Shown: positions 1-11,207 of the stretch, in pieces
Numbering within the stretch: the first letter of the stretch is position 1
How the letters are laid out: the number at the start of each line of letters is the position of its first letter
Assembly (NCBI GenBank): GCA_033723415.1
Contig: JAWVXD010000003.1
Location: 288,001-352,000 of the forward strand
Length of the DNA: 64,000 nucleotides
Direction: 5' to 3'
From: Sulfurospirillaceae bacterium
GTDB taxonomy: Bacteria; Campylobacterota; Campylobacteria; Campylobacterales; Sulfurospirillaceae
Position numbers and translations under genes: made by a program
The notes under the pieces: model-generated
Seen by the model: only the letters and a program-made list of their open reading frames with translations
What the model was told of the DNA's origin: nothing
Database searches by the model: none

Positions 1-864
1 AATGAAAAAAAAGATTTTGCACAAAAACTAAATGAAGATAAAGAAAAATTTTTAAATTTATTTAATGAAACAAAAATGATCTTAGAATCTATTGCAATTG
101 CAGAAGAGATGAAAGAAAACAGTGTCGATGTGACACTTTTTAATTCTAAGCCGACAAGCGGAGCCTTGCATCCTGTCATGGCAACAATGGATAAGATAAT
201 TGAATATTTTGTAAGTATGAACTTTTCTATAGAAGACGGTCCTTTGGTGGAAGATGATTTTCATAATTTTGAAGCATTAAACCTACCGAAATATCATCCT
301 GCACGTGATATGCAAGATACTTTTTATTTTAAAGATTCAATGCTGCTTAGAACTCATACAAGCCCTGTTCAAATTAGGACTATGCTAAATAACAAACCGC
401 CTATTCGCATCATAAGTCCAGGTGCCGTATTTAGGAGAGATTATGATTTGACTCACACTCCTATGTTTCATCAAGTAGAGGGTTTGGTCGTGGACAAAAC
501 AGGAGTTGTGTCTTTTGCAAATTTGAAGTATATTTTGGAAGATTTTTTAAAACACATGTTTGGAGATGTTCGCGTTCGTTTTCGTCCTAGTTTCTTTCCT
601 TTTACCGAACCTAGTGCTGAAGTAGATATCAGTTGTATATTTTGTAAAGGTTCAGGTTGTAGAGTTTGTTCACATACCGGATGGCTTGAGATCCTTGGCA
701 GTGGAATTGTAGATCAAAATGTTTTTGATGCGGTCGGCTATAAGGACGTGAGTGGTTATGCCTTTGGTTTAGGGATTGAAAGAGTTGCAATGTTATTGCA
801 TAAAATTCCGGACCTGCGTTCCTTATTTGAAGGAGATTTAAGATTATTGGAGCAGTTTAGATGA
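1..864 (+). CDS. pheS: Phenylalanine--tRNA ligase alpha subunit (5' truncated by window edge)
   Basis: Frame is open from base 1; motifs [36 protein letters not shown]. Confidence 0.98.
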   Translation, partial: NEKKDFAQKLNEDKEKFLNLFNETKMILESIAIAEEMKENSVDVTLFNSKPTSGALHPVMATMDKIIEYFVSMNFSIEDGPLVEDDFHNFEALNLPKYHPARDMQDTFYFKDSMLLRTHTSPVQIRTMLNNKPPIRIISPGAVFRRDYDLTHTPMFHQVEGLVVDKTGVVSFANLKYILEDFLKHMFGDVRVRFRPSFFPFTEPSAEVDISCIFCKGSGCRVCSHTGWLEILGSGIVDQNVFDAVGYKDVSGYAFGLGIERVAMLLHKIPDLRSLFEGDLRLLEQFR

Positions 865-3194
865 TAGTTACAAGAGAATGGCTACAAGAGTGGATAGATA
901 TTAGAGACTTTACTATTGATGATATAGCAAAGGAGTTTAATTCTATAGGGCTTGAAGTTGATAGTATAAATAAATTTAATATGCCTGAGAATGTTGTTGT
1001 AGGAAATGTTATATCTTGTGAAAAGCATCCAAATGCCGATAAACTAAATATTTGTCAGGTAGATATAGGCGAAAAAGTAGAACAAATAGTTTGCGGTGCA
1101 AAAAATGTAGCGGCTGGTCAGATGGTAGCAGTCGCAAAAGTGGGATCTGTCTTACCAAATGGATTAAAGATTAAAGAAGCAGTACTTAGAGATGTCTCTT
1201 CTTGTGGGATGATTTGCTCTTCTACAGAACTAGGACTTCCTAAGATAAATGACGGAATAATGATCTTAGATGACAGCATAGGCGAGTTAGAAATAGGCAA
1301 AGAATTAAAAGATTATCCTCTACTCAATGATGAAGTTATAGAATTAGAACTTACTGCCAATAGAGGTGATTGTCTCAGTATTCATGGGGTAGCCAGAGAT
1401 ATTTGTGTACCTCTGGATATAGAAGTGCAAACTTTAGAGACTAAAGAAGAAGACGAAGCTACTCTTGGAGTAGGAAGAATTTTAAATATGAATTGTGGTG
1501 AAAAAATAGAGTCATCTTTCGTATTTAAAGCATTGGATAACACTTATATAAAATCAAATCTATTGATTGATCTTAGATTGGCATTGGTCGGTGAGTTTGA
1601 TGAGGATGATTTACAGAGATTATTGACTTATGCTACGTATTCAACAGGTGTTTTGTTTAGAGCTTATGATTATGATAAATTTGAGCAAAAAGATTCAAAA
1701 GCAATTCTTAGTATAAAAAAAGATAGCAATCATTTAGATGCAATATCCAGTAAGAAAAGGTTATCTTATGTCGGTGTTTCTCAGGAAGATGAAGAGAAGG
1801 CAAATAAAAATAGTGAAAAGATCATATTAGAAGCTAACTATTCAGATCCAAGTAAAATTTCTGAAAATAGCTTTAAATTGGACATAAAATCTGATCGTCA
1901 TTTATATCGTTCTACCAGAGGAAGTGAACCTGATCTAGATTTTGGTATGAATTATTTAATAAATCTGTTTAGTAAAAACTGTAACGTCATGATATATGCC
2001 GGTACACAACAGGTTATACAGGATTTTAAAGAAGAGATTATAAATCTTCATACAGATGAATTGACGAAGATGATAGGACAAGAGATACCAAAGAATTTGG
2101 TTGTAGATATATTGAAGAAGCTTGGTTTCAGGGTTGTCTTTAGTCATGAACAAGAAGCCATGAATATAAAAGTGCCGTTATTTCGACATGATATCCTCAA
2201 TAAACAAGATATATGTGAAGAGATCGTCAGGATAGTCGGAATTGATAATATTGATTCAAAGCAGCTGACATTCCTGGAAGAAGCAAAACACAATAAATCA
2301 TATGAAGACTTTAAGAAGAAACAAGATTACAGATGTAAATCAGCATCAAATGGGTTTTTTGAATCAGTAAATTTTATATTTGATGATAGGTTAAGACAAG
2401 ATAAATATGGCTTGTCTTCTGTTGAAGAAGAATTGGATTTGGCAAATCCTATTACTAGTGAATTAAACACACTTAGAACATCATTGATATTAAATATGTT
2501 AGATTCCGTAAATAAAAATACAAAATACGGCAAGAAGACGGTTCCACTTTTTCAGATAGGAAGAGTGTATACAACACAAAGAAAAGAAAAGACAAATATG
2601 GCTTTCGTATTTAGCGGTGATAAAGACTATGCACAGATATCAAACCATGGAAAGCCTGAATTGATTGATTTTTATTATTTTGCTAGAAAAATATCAAATA
2701 TCATAGGTGATTTTGAACTGGAAGTTCAAGAACCGCAAAATAAATTATCAAACCCGTATGAATATGCCATAATCAAACAAAACGGTATAAATATTGGATA
2801 TATATCCAGATTGCATATTGATGTAGAACAAGATTTTGATATCAACAAAACTTACATATGCGAGTTAGATTTTGAAAAGCTGCCAAATGAACGCAAAATT
2901 GTCAAAAGTTTTTCTAATTATCAAACAATTTCTAGAGATTTAAGCTTGTTGATACCAAACGATATGAAGTATTCTGTGATTAAAGAATACATAAAAACAG
3001 TAGCGCCTGCCGATATGATTGATTTTAATGCCATAGATATTTATAGAAGCAAAGACTTGGGAGATAAGTCAAGTTTGACTATTAAGTTTAATTTTCAGTC
3101 TAATGAAAAAACTTTAACTGATGAAGATGTAACATCTGCGATGGAAAATATACTAAAAAATCTAAATGAAAAGTTTGGTATAGATATAAGATGA
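861..3194 (+). CDS. pheT: Phenylalanine--tRNA ligase beta subunit
   Basis: HPNADKL...IVCGA tRNA-binding domain, TANRGDCLS motif; ATGA overlap with pheS. Confidence 0.97.
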   Translation: MIVTREWLQEWIDIRDFTIDDIAKEFNSIGLEVDSINKFNMPENVVVGNVISCEKHPNADKLNICQVDIGEKVEQIVCGAKNVAAGQMVAVAKVGSVLPNGLKIKEAVLRDVSSCGMICSSTELGLPKINDGIMILDDSIGELEIGKELKDYPLLNDEVIELELTANRGDCLSIHGVARDICVPLDIEVQTLETKEEDEATLGVGRILNMNCGEKIESSFVFKALDNTYIKSNLLIDLRLALVGEFDEDDLQRLLTYATYSTGVLFRAYDYDKFEQKDSKAILSIKKDSNHLDAISSKKRLSYVGVSQEDEEKANKNSEKIILEANYSDPSKISENSFKLDIKSDRHLYRSTRGSEPDLDFGMNYLINLFSKNCNVMIYAGTQQVIQDFKEEIINLHTDELTKMIGQEIPKNLVVDILKKLGFRVVFSHEQEAMNIKVPLFRHDILNKQDICEEIVRIVGIDNIDSKQLTFLEEAKHNKSYEDFKKKQDYRCKSASNGFFESVNFIFDDRLRQDKYGLSSVEEELDLANPITSELNTLRTSLILNMLDSVNKNTKYGKKTVPLFQIGRVYTTQRKEKTNMAFVFSGDKDYAQISNHGKPELIDFYYFARKISNIIGDFELEVQEPQNKLSNPYEYAIIKQNGINIGYISRLHIDVEQDFDINKTYICELDFEKLPNERKIVKSFSNYQTISRDLSLLIPNDMKYSVIKEYIKTVAPADMIDFNAIDIYRSKDLGDKSSLTIKFNFQSNEKTLTDEDVTSAMENILKNLNEKFGIDIR

Positions 3195-4471
3195 GTAGTA
3201 TCAAAGTAAAACCTGATAGTGAATTTGATATAGAGATATCTGATATTGCCAGTGATAAATCAATATCTCACAGATGCGCAATTTTTTCACTTCTAAGCGA
3301 TCAGGTCTCCTATGTAAGAAACTTCCTTCGCGCTGAAGACACTATGAATACTTTGCATATAGTCTCCACACTAGGAGCAAAAATCGAAGATGATGGTGAG
3401 GTGATAAAAATAACACCTCCATCTAGCATACAAGAACCGGCATCGGTGCTGGACTGTGGTAATTCAGGAACAGCTATTCGATTGTTTATGGGATTTTTGT
3501 CTACTTGCGAAGGTTTTTTTGTTTTAAGCGGTGATAAATACTTGAACAGCAGACCTATGAGAAGAGTTGCCGATCCGCTAAGAGATATAGGATCTTGCAT
3601 AGACGGTCGAGCCAACGGAGATTTTGCACCGCTTAGTATAAGAGGTAATGCAAATTTGCAAGCTTTTGACTATGAAAGCAAAATATCATCTGCCCAAATT
3701 AAGACTGCAATGATTCTGGCTGCACTTAAGGCAAAAGGCACCTCTGTATTTAAAGAGCCAAGTTTGAGTAGAGATCATAGTGAAAATATGCTCAAAGCTA
3801 TGGGTGCAGATGTAAGTGTAAGTGACAATGAGATCAAAATAACACCTTTGTCTTCACCGTTAAGTCCCTTGGATATTGATGTACCAAATGATCCTTCAAG
3901 CGGCTTTTTCTTTGCGGTTGCAGCTGCGATTAAAAAAGGCAGTAAAGTACGACTTAAAAATATGCTTTTAAATAAAACAAGAATTGAAGCATATAAAATC
4001 TTAGCAAAGATGGGTGCAAAAGTAGAATTTATAAAGAGAAGTTCAAAATATGAAGAAATAGGCGATATCATAGTAGAAGGAAGAGATCTGATCGGCGTTG
4101 AAGTGAGTGAAAATATCGCATGGTTGATTGATGAGCTTCCTGCACTTTCTATAGCATTTAGCGTAGCTTCTGGCAAGAGTATAGTAAAAAATGCAAAAGA
4201 GCTAAGAGTAAAAGAGAGTGACAGGATATCCACTGTTGTAAACAATTTGATAAAATGCAACGTAAATATCAAAGAATTTGATGACGGATATGAAATAGAA
4301 GGCGGAAAGTTAAGCGGAGCAATTATAGACTCTCATGGAGACCACAGAATCGCTATGAGTTTTGCCGTGGCCGGGATGTTGGTTGAGATGCAGATAGAAG
4401 ATACGGATTGTATTCAAACATCATTTCCGAATTTTATAGAGATATTGTCAAAAATAGCAAAAGTTAAATAA
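3191..4471 (+). CDS. aroA: 3-phosphoshikimate 1-carboxyvinyltransferase (EPSP synthase)
   Basis: [32 protein letters not shown] motifs. Confidence 0.97.
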   Translation: MSSIKVKPDSEFDIEISDIASDKSISHRCAIFSLLSDQVSYVRNFLRAEDTMNTLHIVSTLGAKIEDDGEVIKITPPSSIQEPASVLDCGNSGTAIRLFMGFLSTCEGFFVLSGDKYLNSRPMRRVADPLRDIGSCIDGRANGDFAPLSIRGNANLQAFDYESKISSAQIKTAMILAALKAKGTSVFKEPSLSRDHSENMLKAMGADVSVSDNEIKITPLSSPLSPLDIDVPNDPSSGFFFAVAAAIKKGSKVRLKNMLLNKTRIEAYKILAKMGAKVEFIKRSSKYEEIGDIIVEGRDLIGVEVSENIAWLIDELPALSIAFSVASGKSIVKNAKELRVKESDRISTVVNNLIKCNVNIKEFDDGYEIEGGKLSGAIIDSHGDHRIAMSFAVAGMLVEMQIEDTDCIQTSFPNFIEILSKIAKVK

Positions 4472-4488
4472 AAGTAAAAGGTATATAA

Positions 4489-5313
4489 ATGAAGGTTTTA
4501 TTGGCCGAACATTACGGATTTTGTTTCGGCGTAAAAAGAGCTATAAAAATTGCAGAAGATTCTAAAAATGCTTCAACAATTGGTCCATTGATACATAATA
4601 ATGAAGAGATAAATAGATTAAAAAATGATTATAATGTAGTTACTTTGCAAAGTCTTGATGAGATCAATCAATCAGAAAAAGCTATCATAAGAACTCATGG
4701 AATACCAAAAAATGATTTAAAATTTTTAGAAACAAAAAAAATTGAGATAATAGATGCAACTTGCCCATTTGTGACCAAGCCTCAACAAATTTGTGAACAA
4801 ATGAGCTCTGAGGGATACGATGTAGTGATCTTTGGAGATAAAGAACATCCTGAGGTAAAAGGTGTTGAGAGTTATGCTCAAAATGGCGCTAAAGTAGTGT
4901 TAAGTGTTGAAGAAGTAAAAGGCATGCATTTCTCAAATAAGATAGCAGTCGTTTCTCAAACAACAAGAAAGATCGATGAGTTTATGCAAATCACGAACTA
5001 TTTGATTGAAAATTATAAGGAAGTAAGAGTTTTTAATACTATCTGTAATGCAACATTTGATAATCAATTAGCTGCCAGAGAATTAGCAAAAGATGTTGAT
5101 ATCATGATAGTGATCGGTGGAAAAAATTCTTCCAATACAAAGCAATTACAAAATATTTCAAAAGAGTTTTGTCCTGACAGTTACTTAATAGAAAATGAAA
5201 AAGAGTTAGATTTAGCTTGGTTTGAAAACAAAAAAATATGCGGTGTAACCGCTGGAGCATCGACTCCTGATTGGATCATAGAAAAAGTTATTGGCAAAAT
5301 AGACAAAATTTAA
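4489..5313 (+). CDS. ispH: 4-hydroxy-3-methylbut-2-enyl diphosphate reductase
   Basis: [33 protein letters not shown] motifs. Confidence 0.97.
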   Translation: MKVLLAEHYGFCFGVKRAIKIAEDSKNASTIGPLIHNNEEINRLKNDYNVVTLQSLDEINQSEKAIIRTHGIPKNDLKFLETKKIEIIDATCPFVTKPQQICEQMSSEGYDVVIFGDKEHPEVKGVESYAQNGAKVVLSVEEVKGMHFSNKIAVVSQTTRKIDEFMQITNYLIENYKEVRVFNTICNATFDNQLAARELAKDVDIMIVIGGKNSSNTKQLQNISKEFCPDSYLIENEKELDLAWFENKKICGVTAGASTPDWIIEKVIGKIDKI

Positions 5314-5424
5314 GTATAATATCAAACTTCATGTGATTTAGCTTTTTAGTATAGTTTATATGAATTTTATATTTATTATATTAATTTGTTTATCATAGTA
5401 AAAATCAAACAAAAAGGGAATGAA

Positions 5425-7101
5425 ATGGTGAATGAGGCGAACGAAGCAGTTCAAACTGAAAGTGCAAACGACCAAGAGGAGATGGATTTTGCAACAATGT
5501 TAGAAGAGTCTTTTAAAGACACAGAAAAAGATGCGCTTATAGACGGCGTCGTAGTTGAAATCAAAGATGATGTTATCTTAATTGATGTCGGCAAGAAGTC
5601 TGAGGGCAGATTGTATGCATCTGAAGTAACGGATGCTGATGGAAATATCACTTGCAAAGTCGGTGATACACTACCTGTCGTTATCTCAGGTTTTAAAAAT
5701 GAAAGACCTATAGTTTCTCACAAAAAAGCTATCAAAAAAGAAAAAGTCAAAGAATTTATCGAAACACACAAAGAAGATGAAGATCAAGTCTTGGAAGTGA
5801 AAGTCGTAAATAAAAATAGAGGCGGATTCATAGTTGAGAACAGCGATAACATCGAATTTTTCTTACCTCGTTCTCAAGCTGCAGTAAAAGATATAAATTC
5901 ACTGATGGGAAAAACAATAAAAGTTAAAATAATCAAAGTTGATAGTGAAAATGAATCTATTATAGTTTCAAGAAAGAAATTTTTAGATGATGAGCGCAAA
6001 AAAAGAAAAGAAATAGTACAAGAACTAATAGATAAAGACGAAATTGTAGAAGGCGTTATTAAAAAGATCACTACATACGGTATGTTCGTGGACGTAGGCG
6101 GCGTAGATGGATTGGTGCACTATAGTGAAATCAGCTACAAGGGACCTGTTAACCCAAATACACTATATAGTGAAGGTGAAGTAGTACCTGTAAAAGCAAT
6201 TAAATACGATAAAGAAAAAAGACATTTATCTCTATCAATAAAAGCAGCTATGCCTGATCCTTGGGATGAGATAAAGGGTGAACTTGAAAATGGAGACACT
6301 ATTCAAGTGACCGTCAGCAATATTGAACCGTATGGTGCATTTGTTGATCTTGGAAATGACATAGAAGGTTTCTTACATATATCTGAAATTTCTTGGGATA
6401 AAAATATCAAACATCCAAAAGATTACATCAAAGAAGGTGAAGAGATTGATGTTGAAGTTATTGAGATTGATGCACAAGAAAGAAGACTTAGAGTTTCACT
6501 AAAAAATATACTTCCTAAACCTTTTGATGAATTTTTGAAAAACTATAAAGTAGGTGATGTTGTAAAAGGTGTTATCACTACTATTACAAATTTTGGCGCA
6601 TTCATCAGAATTGGCGGCATAGAAGGTCTCCTTCATAATGAAGATGCTTCATGGAACAGAAATGATAGATGTAAAGATCTATTTAACACGGATGATGAAA
6701 TTGAAGTTAAAATCGTAAAGATAGATGATGTGAATGAAAAAGTATCTCTAAGTAAAAAAGACTTAGAAGATAGTCCAATACAAAAATATGCAAAAAACCA
6801 TGAAAACGGTGATATAGTCAAAGGTAAAATTAGAGATATTAAAGACTTTGGTGTATTTGTTGAATTGGAAGAAAACGTGGATGCATTGATTAGAAAAGAA
6901 GATCTAGGACAAACAGGCGTTGAAGAGCTAAAAGTAGGTGATGAGATCGAAGCAGCCATCGCTTTTGTTGATGACAAAAAAAGTAGAATTAGACTCTCTG
7001 TTAAAAGTCTTTCAAGACTAAAAGAAAGAGAAGCATTAAAAGAGATAAACAAAGAAGATAAGATGACTTTAGGCGACATCTTAAAAGACCAGCTTAAATA
7101 A
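5425..7101 (+). CDS. rpsA: 30S ribosomal protein S1
   Basis: Repeated S1 domains (YGMFVDVG, YGAFVDLG, FGAFIRIG, FGVFVEL); ATG at 5425 preferred over the TTG at 5386. Confidence 0.97.
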   Translation: MVNEANEAVQTESANDQEEMDFATMLEESFKDTEKDALIDGVVVEIKDDVILIDVGKKSEGRLYASEVTDADGNITCKVGDTLPVVISGFKNERPIVSHKKAIKKEKVKEFIETHKEDEDQVLEVKVVNKNRGGFIVENSDNIEFFLPRSQAAVKDINSLMGKTIKVKIIKVDSENESIIVSRKKFLDDERKKRKEIVQELIDKDEIVEGVIKKITTYGMFVDVGGVDGLVHYSEISYKGPVNPNTLYSEGEVVPVKAIKYDKEKRHLSLSIKAAMPDPWDEIKGELENGDTIQVTVSNIEPYGAFVDLGNDIEGFLHISEISWDKNIKHPKDYIKEGEEIDVEVIEIDAQERRLRVSLKNILPKPFDEFLKNYKVGDVVKGVITTITNFGAFIRIGGIEGLLHNEDASWNRNDRCKDLFNTDDEIEVKIVKIDDVNEKVSLSKKDLEDSPIQKYAKNHENGDIVKGKIRDIKDFGVFVELEENVDALIRKEDLGQTGVEELKVGDEIEAAIAFVDDKKSRIRLSVKSLSRLKEREALKEINKEDKMTLGDILKDQLK

Positions 7102-7114
7102 TAAGTATTCTTTT

Positions 7115-7606
7115 ATGCAAAAAAAGATACTTGGTGTTTTTTTTACTATTTTGTTGCTCGGTGTTCTTGGAATATTGTATAATTTTTTCAATTACACCGA
7201 CAACCAAGTGGTTGAATACAAGCAGTATCCCTCTCCGATAAAAAAAAGCAAAACTGTAAGTGTAACAAAACTTTGGATTGACAGTTTGGCAAAATCTTCT
7301 GATTTGAAATATTCTTATCCTGTCAATGAACTTTTCATGCAGATAGATTTACAAAAAAAGATTCCAAACAAAAAAGATTTAAAAATAAAAAAACCGAAAT
7401 CTTACAAGTTGGTCATAAATCATGTTGATAGTTATTCTGTTTTTTGTGTTGTTCAAACTTTATCAAATCTAAATGTGCCTTTTGTGTTATCAAAAGATAA
7501 ATACAGTCCGCATATTTCAATAGTAAGTCGAGACAATAAAAAATTAGAAAGAATTGTCAAAGAGTTAACTAAATATCAAATAAAATCAAAAATATTAGAG
7601 GAATGA
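7115..7606 (+). CDS. Hypothetical membrane-anchored periplasmic protein (rpsA-serA linker gene typical of Campylobacterota)
   Basis: N-terminal TM helix; stop overlaps serA start. Confidence 0.8.
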   Translation: MQKKILGVFFTILLLGVLGILYNFFNYTDNQVVEYKQYPSPIKKSKTVSVTKLWIDSLAKSSDLKYSYPVNELFMQIDLQKKIPNKKDLKIKKPKSYKLVINHVDSYSVFCVVQTLSNLNVPFVLSKDKYSPHISIVSRDNKKLERIVKELTKYQIKSKILEE

Positions 7607-9195
7607 TTGTGAATAGAAAAAAAATAATAATATGTGATGCGATTCACCAAAAAGGATTTCAGCTTTTAGAAAAAGAAGATGATATTGAAGTAATAGATGC
7701 TGTAAAATTATCAAAGGACGAGCTTTTAAATGTGGTTGGTAGTGCAGATATAGCTATAACTAGAAGTCCAACGGCAATTGATAGTAAATTTTTGGCAGCA
7801 GCAACGAATTTAAAAGCTATAGTTAGAGCAGGAGTCGGTGTTGACAACGTAGATTTGGACGGATGCTCAAAAAGAGGTATCATTGCGATGAATGTACCAA
7901 CGGCAAATACTATAGCAGCCGTTGAGCTCACTATGGCACATATGCTCAGCACTGCCAGAAGTTTTACAAATGCGAACAATCATTTAAAAATTGAGAGAGT
8001 TTGGAAACGAGAAAAATGGTATGGTATCGAACTTTCTGGAAAAAAATTAGGAATTATAGGTTTTGGTAATATCGGAAGCAGGGTAGGTGTTAGAGCTAAA
8101 GCTTTTGGCATGGATGTTATAGCATACGACCCTTATATAGCGCCTTCAAAAGCTACAGATCTTGGAGTAAGTTATACGGAAAATTTTGATGATATCTTAG
8201 CTTGTGACTTTATTACTATACATACACCAAAGAACAAAGAGACAACAGGCATCATCTCTTATGATGAAATTGCGAAGATGAAAGATGGAGTAAGATTGAT
8301 CAACTGTGCAAGGGGTAGTTTGTATGATGAAAAAGCTTTGTATGATGGGTTAAAAAGTGGTAAGATCGCATTTGCAGGCATAGATGTTTTCTCATACGAA
8401 CCTGCAACTGATCATCCTTTGTTGGACCTTGAAAATATTTGTGTCACACCCCATCTTGGAGCAAATACTGTTGAGTCACAAGAAAAAATAGCTACTCAGG
8501 CTGCAGAGTGTGCATTGAATGCTGCAAGAGGAGTTAGTTATCCAAATGCTCTTAATCTACCTATAAAAGCAGAAGAATTGCCTAGTGAAATTGTTCCATA
8601 TTTGGAATTAATTCAAAAAATGTCTTATTTTGCAGCGCAAATCAATAAGTCACAAATCAAATCTATAAGGATTAGAGCGGAAGGAAATGTCAGCAAATAT
8701 GCTAAATCTTTACTCACCTTTTCAATAGTAGGGGCTTTGAAAGAATCAATTGGTGATAAAATAAATTATGTAAATGCATCTTATGTGGCAAAAGAAAAAA
8801 ATATAGAAACAGCTTACGAAGAGATAGCAAATTCATCAAGTTACCACAATAAGGTGACAGTAACTCTTACTACTCAAAAAGGTGTTTCTACGGTTTCAGG
8901 TACAGTATTTGAAGAAGTGGAACAAAGAATTGTAAATATAAATGGTTTTGGTTTTGATTTTAAACCAAAAGGCAAAATGATAGTTTTCAAAAATAAAGAC
9001 ATACCTGGAGCAATTGCAAGTATTGCAACACTACTAGCTAAGCATGGTATTAATATTGCTGACTTTAGATTAGGTCGCGGTAAAGATGATTTTGCAATGG
9101 CCGTAATCTTGGTTGATGAGCCTGTTGATAAGAAGATTCTAACGGAACTAAATTCGCTTGATGCTTGCTTATGGGCAGAGTATGCTATATTATAA
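7603..9195 (+). CDS. serA: D-3-phosphoglycerate dehydrogenase
   Basis: RAGVGVDN, GFGNIG, NCARG, TPHLGA motifs; C-terminal ACT domain. Confidence 0.96.
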   Translation: MIVNRKKIIICDAIHQKGFQLLEKEDDIEVIDAVKLSKDELLNVVGSADIAITRSPTAIDSKFLAAATNLKAIVRAGVGVDNVDLDGCSKRGIIAMNVPTANTIAAVELTMAHMLSTARSFTNANNHLKIERVWKREKWYGIELSGKKLGIIGFGNIGSRVGVRAKAFGMDVIAYDPYIAPSKATDLGVSYTENFDDILACDFITIHTPKNKETTGIISYDEIAKMKDGVRLINCARGSLYDEKALYDGLKSGKIAFAGIDVFSYEPATDHPLLDLENICVTPHLGANTVESQEKIATQAAECALNAARGVSYPNALNLPIKAEELPSEIVPYLELIQKMSYFAAQINKSQIKSIRIRAEGNVSKYAKSLLTFSIVGALKESIGDKINYVNASYVAKEKNIETAYEEIANSSSYHNKVTVTLTTQKGVSTVSGTVFEEVEQRIVNINGFGFDFKPKGKMIVFKNKDIPGAIASIATLLAKHGINIADFRLGRGKDDFAMAVILVDEPVDKKILTELNSLDACLWAEYAIL

Positions 9196-9218
9196 TTAAT
9201 TATTAAATAATTTAATAT

Positions 9219-9252
9219 GTAAGGAATTATAAAAAACTCTATAATTCCTTAC
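9219..9252 (+). terminator. Hairpin after serA (probable terminator)
   Basis: Perfect 13-bp inverted repeat gtaaggaattata-N8-tataattccttac; U-tract is weak. Confidence 0.55.
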
Positions 9253-9335
9253 GACTATTTACCTTCAATACATTTAGAAAAATTATCTAAAATATAAAAT
9301 TTGCAACTTTTTTACACTTTTCATAAAAAATACTT

Positions 9336-9384
9336 CATATTGTTAAGTTTTTAATCTAATTTTAACTTAACAATATGATATACT
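9336..9384 (+). promoter_or_regulatory. sqr promoter with an overlapping 14-bp-arm palindrome (putative operator)
   Basis: catattgttaagtt-N14-aacttaacaatatg running into extended -10 TGaTATACT (9376-9384); AAGGAG RBS before the ATG at 9415. Confidence 0.6.
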
Positions 9385-9414
9385 AGACTTACGCAATGTA
9401 AAGGAGAATAAAAT

Positions 9415-10881
9415 ATGGCTAGAGTTCTAATATTAGGTGGAGGAGTATCAGGTCATACTTCAGCCACTTTTTTAAAAAAATGGCTAGGTAAAGATCATGA
9501 GGTAGTTGTAGTTACACCAAATGCAAAATGGAATTGGATTCCATCTAATATTTGGGTTGGTGTCGGAGGAATGAAAAAAGAGGATGTAGTATTTGAACTT
9601 GCTCCTGTGTACTCAAAAATTGGTATTGACTACAGACAGGCAAAAGCTATTTCAATACATCCGGAAGGTTCAAATGAAGAGAAAAAACAATTTGTAACTA
9701 TAGAATATACAGGTCAAGATAAAGTTGGTGAAAGTGAGACTATTACATATGATTATCTTATTAATGCAACTGGTCCAAAATTAAATTTTGCTGCTACAGA
9801 AGGACTTGGTCCGGATGCCGGAAATACGGTTTCTGTTTGTACGGCTGATCATGCAGTTCATGCCAATGATGAGCTAGATGAGCTTATAGCACAGATGAAA
9901 AGTGGTGAACATAAAAATATTTTGATAGGTACAGGACATGGTATGTGTACTTGTCAAGGTGCGGCATTTGAATACACATTTAATGTTGATCACAGATTGA
10001 GAGAAGAAGGCGTGAGAGATAAAGCTACGATAACTTATATATCAAATGAGTATGAGCTAGGTGATTTTGGCGTTGGCGGGATGCATATACGAGTTGGCGG
10101 ATATGTAACCAGCGGAAAAGTTTTTGCTGAATCACTTTATACGGAAAGAGATGTTAAGTGGATCAAAAGAGCACACGTAAAAAAAGTAGAAAAAGATAAA
10201 GTTCATTATGAATTATTAGATGGTTCTATGCATGAAGAAGCGTTTGATTTTTCTATGCTCATTCCTCCTTTTGGTGGAGTTGGCTTAAAAGCTTATGATA
10301 AAAACGGCGAAGACATGACATCAAAAATATTCAATCCCGGTGGATTTATGTTTGTTGATGCAGATTATTCTAAAGGTACAGCTCCATTTGAAGAATGGGA
10401 TGCTGATGATTGGCCTTCTTATTGTCAAAATCAAACATATAAAAATATGTTTGCCGTAGGTATCGCTTTTGCACCACCACACATTATCTCTAAACCTATG
10501 AAAAGTCCAAATGGAACACCGATCAACCCGACACCGCCAAGAACTGGTATGCCAAGTGCGATGATGGGAAAAGCGGTAGCAAAAAGTATTAGAGACATGA
10601 TCGTAGACGGTGCAACTGAACCGACGCATACGGCAAAAATGAGTGAAATGGGTGCAGCTTGTGTTGCAAGTGCAGGTAAAGGTGTATTTAGCGGGTCAGC
10701 TGTTGCAATGACTATGTATCCTGTTATTCCAGATTATAAAAAGTATCCTGATTATGGTAGAGATTTAAATGGAACATTCGGTGAAATAGGGCTGGCAGGG
10801 CACTGGGTAAAACATTTTTTACACTTTGCATTTATATGGAAAGCCAAGTTAAAACCATTTTGGAGAATTATTCCAGAATAG
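9415..10881 (+). CDS. sqr: Sulfide:quinone oxidoreductase family flavoprotein
   Basis: GGGVSG FAD-binding start, WIPSNIWV, CTCQGAAFEY, PPRTG, late Cys (AACVAS), amphipathic aromatic/basic C-terminus. Confidence 0.88.
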   Translation: MARVLILGGGVSGHTSATFLKKWLGKDHEVVVVTPNAKWNWIPSNIWVGVGGMKKEDVVFELAPVYSKIGIDYRQAKAISIHPEGSNEEKKQFVTIEYTGQDKVGESETITYDYLINATGPKLNFAATEGLGPDAGNTVSVCTADHAVHANDELDELIAQMKSGEHKNILIGTGHGMCTCQGAAFEYTFNVDHRLREEGVRDKATITYISNEYELGDFGVGGMHIRVGGYVTSGKVFAESLYTERDVKWIKRAHVKKVEKDKVHYELLDGSMHEEAFDFSMLIPPFGGVGLKAYDKNGEDMTSKIFNPGGFMFVDADYSKGTAPFEEWDADDWPSYCQNQTYKNMFAVGIAFAPPHIISKPMKSPNGTPINPTPPRTGMPSAMMGKAVAKSIRDMIVDGATEPTHTAKMSEMGAACVASAGKGVFSGSAVAMTMYPVIPDYKKYPDYGRDLNGTFGEIGLAGHWVKHFLHFAFIWKAKLKPFWRIIPE

Positions 10882-11028
10882 GTCGTTTTAATGAACTAAA
10901 GGTTGTGTAGAGTTTTTTCTTAAAGAGAATGCTCGAACTTTTTAGTTTACTTAGGGCTTTAGTAAGAGGAATTTTAGAAGAATTTATTTCTTCAAAAAAT
11001 AAACAGTTAAATTGAATTAGGAGAACAG

Positions 11029-11178
11029 ATGAAAATAAAACCTTATAGTCAAAATGCTTATACGCCAGTACCGACAGCTTTTACGAAGTTTAGAAGAAAT
11101 TGCGTAATTTGGCAAATTTTCAGATTTATTGTAATCAATATTAAAATGACGGTTTTGATATTAAAATCACATCATTAA
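11029..11178 (+). CDS. Unannotated 49-aa basic, amphipathic small protein downstream of sqr
   Basis: AGGAG at 11019-11023, ATG 11029, TAA 11176-11178; MKIKPYSQNAYTPVPTAFTKFRRNCVIWQIFRFIVINIKMTVLILKSHH. Confidence 0.8.
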   Translation: MKIKPYSQNAYTPVPTAFTKFRRNCVIWQIFRFIVINIKMTVLILKSHH

Positions 11179-11198
11179 ATAAAAATTATAGTAACTTT

Positions 11199-11207
11199 TG
11201 ATATAAT
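11199..11207 (+). promoter_or_regulatory. Extended -10 promoter for the tolC-MFP-RND genes
   Basis: TGaTATAAT about 60 nt upstream of the ATG at 11268. Confidence 0.55.

Noticed and set aside
5386..5424. Upstream-extended starts in the ORF track (rpsA; also tolC 11238, flgS 27757, trkH 30081, tyrS 42113, exbD 50904, ychF 59409)
   Set aside because: Downstream ATGs fit RBS position or stop/start coupling better.
3310..7979. Antisense ORFs in the track (e.g. 3775-4272, 6633-7079, 7659-7979, and similar ones across the window)
   Set aside because: They lie fully opposite well-conserved genes and have the Ser/Ile/Phe-rich composition of shadow frames.
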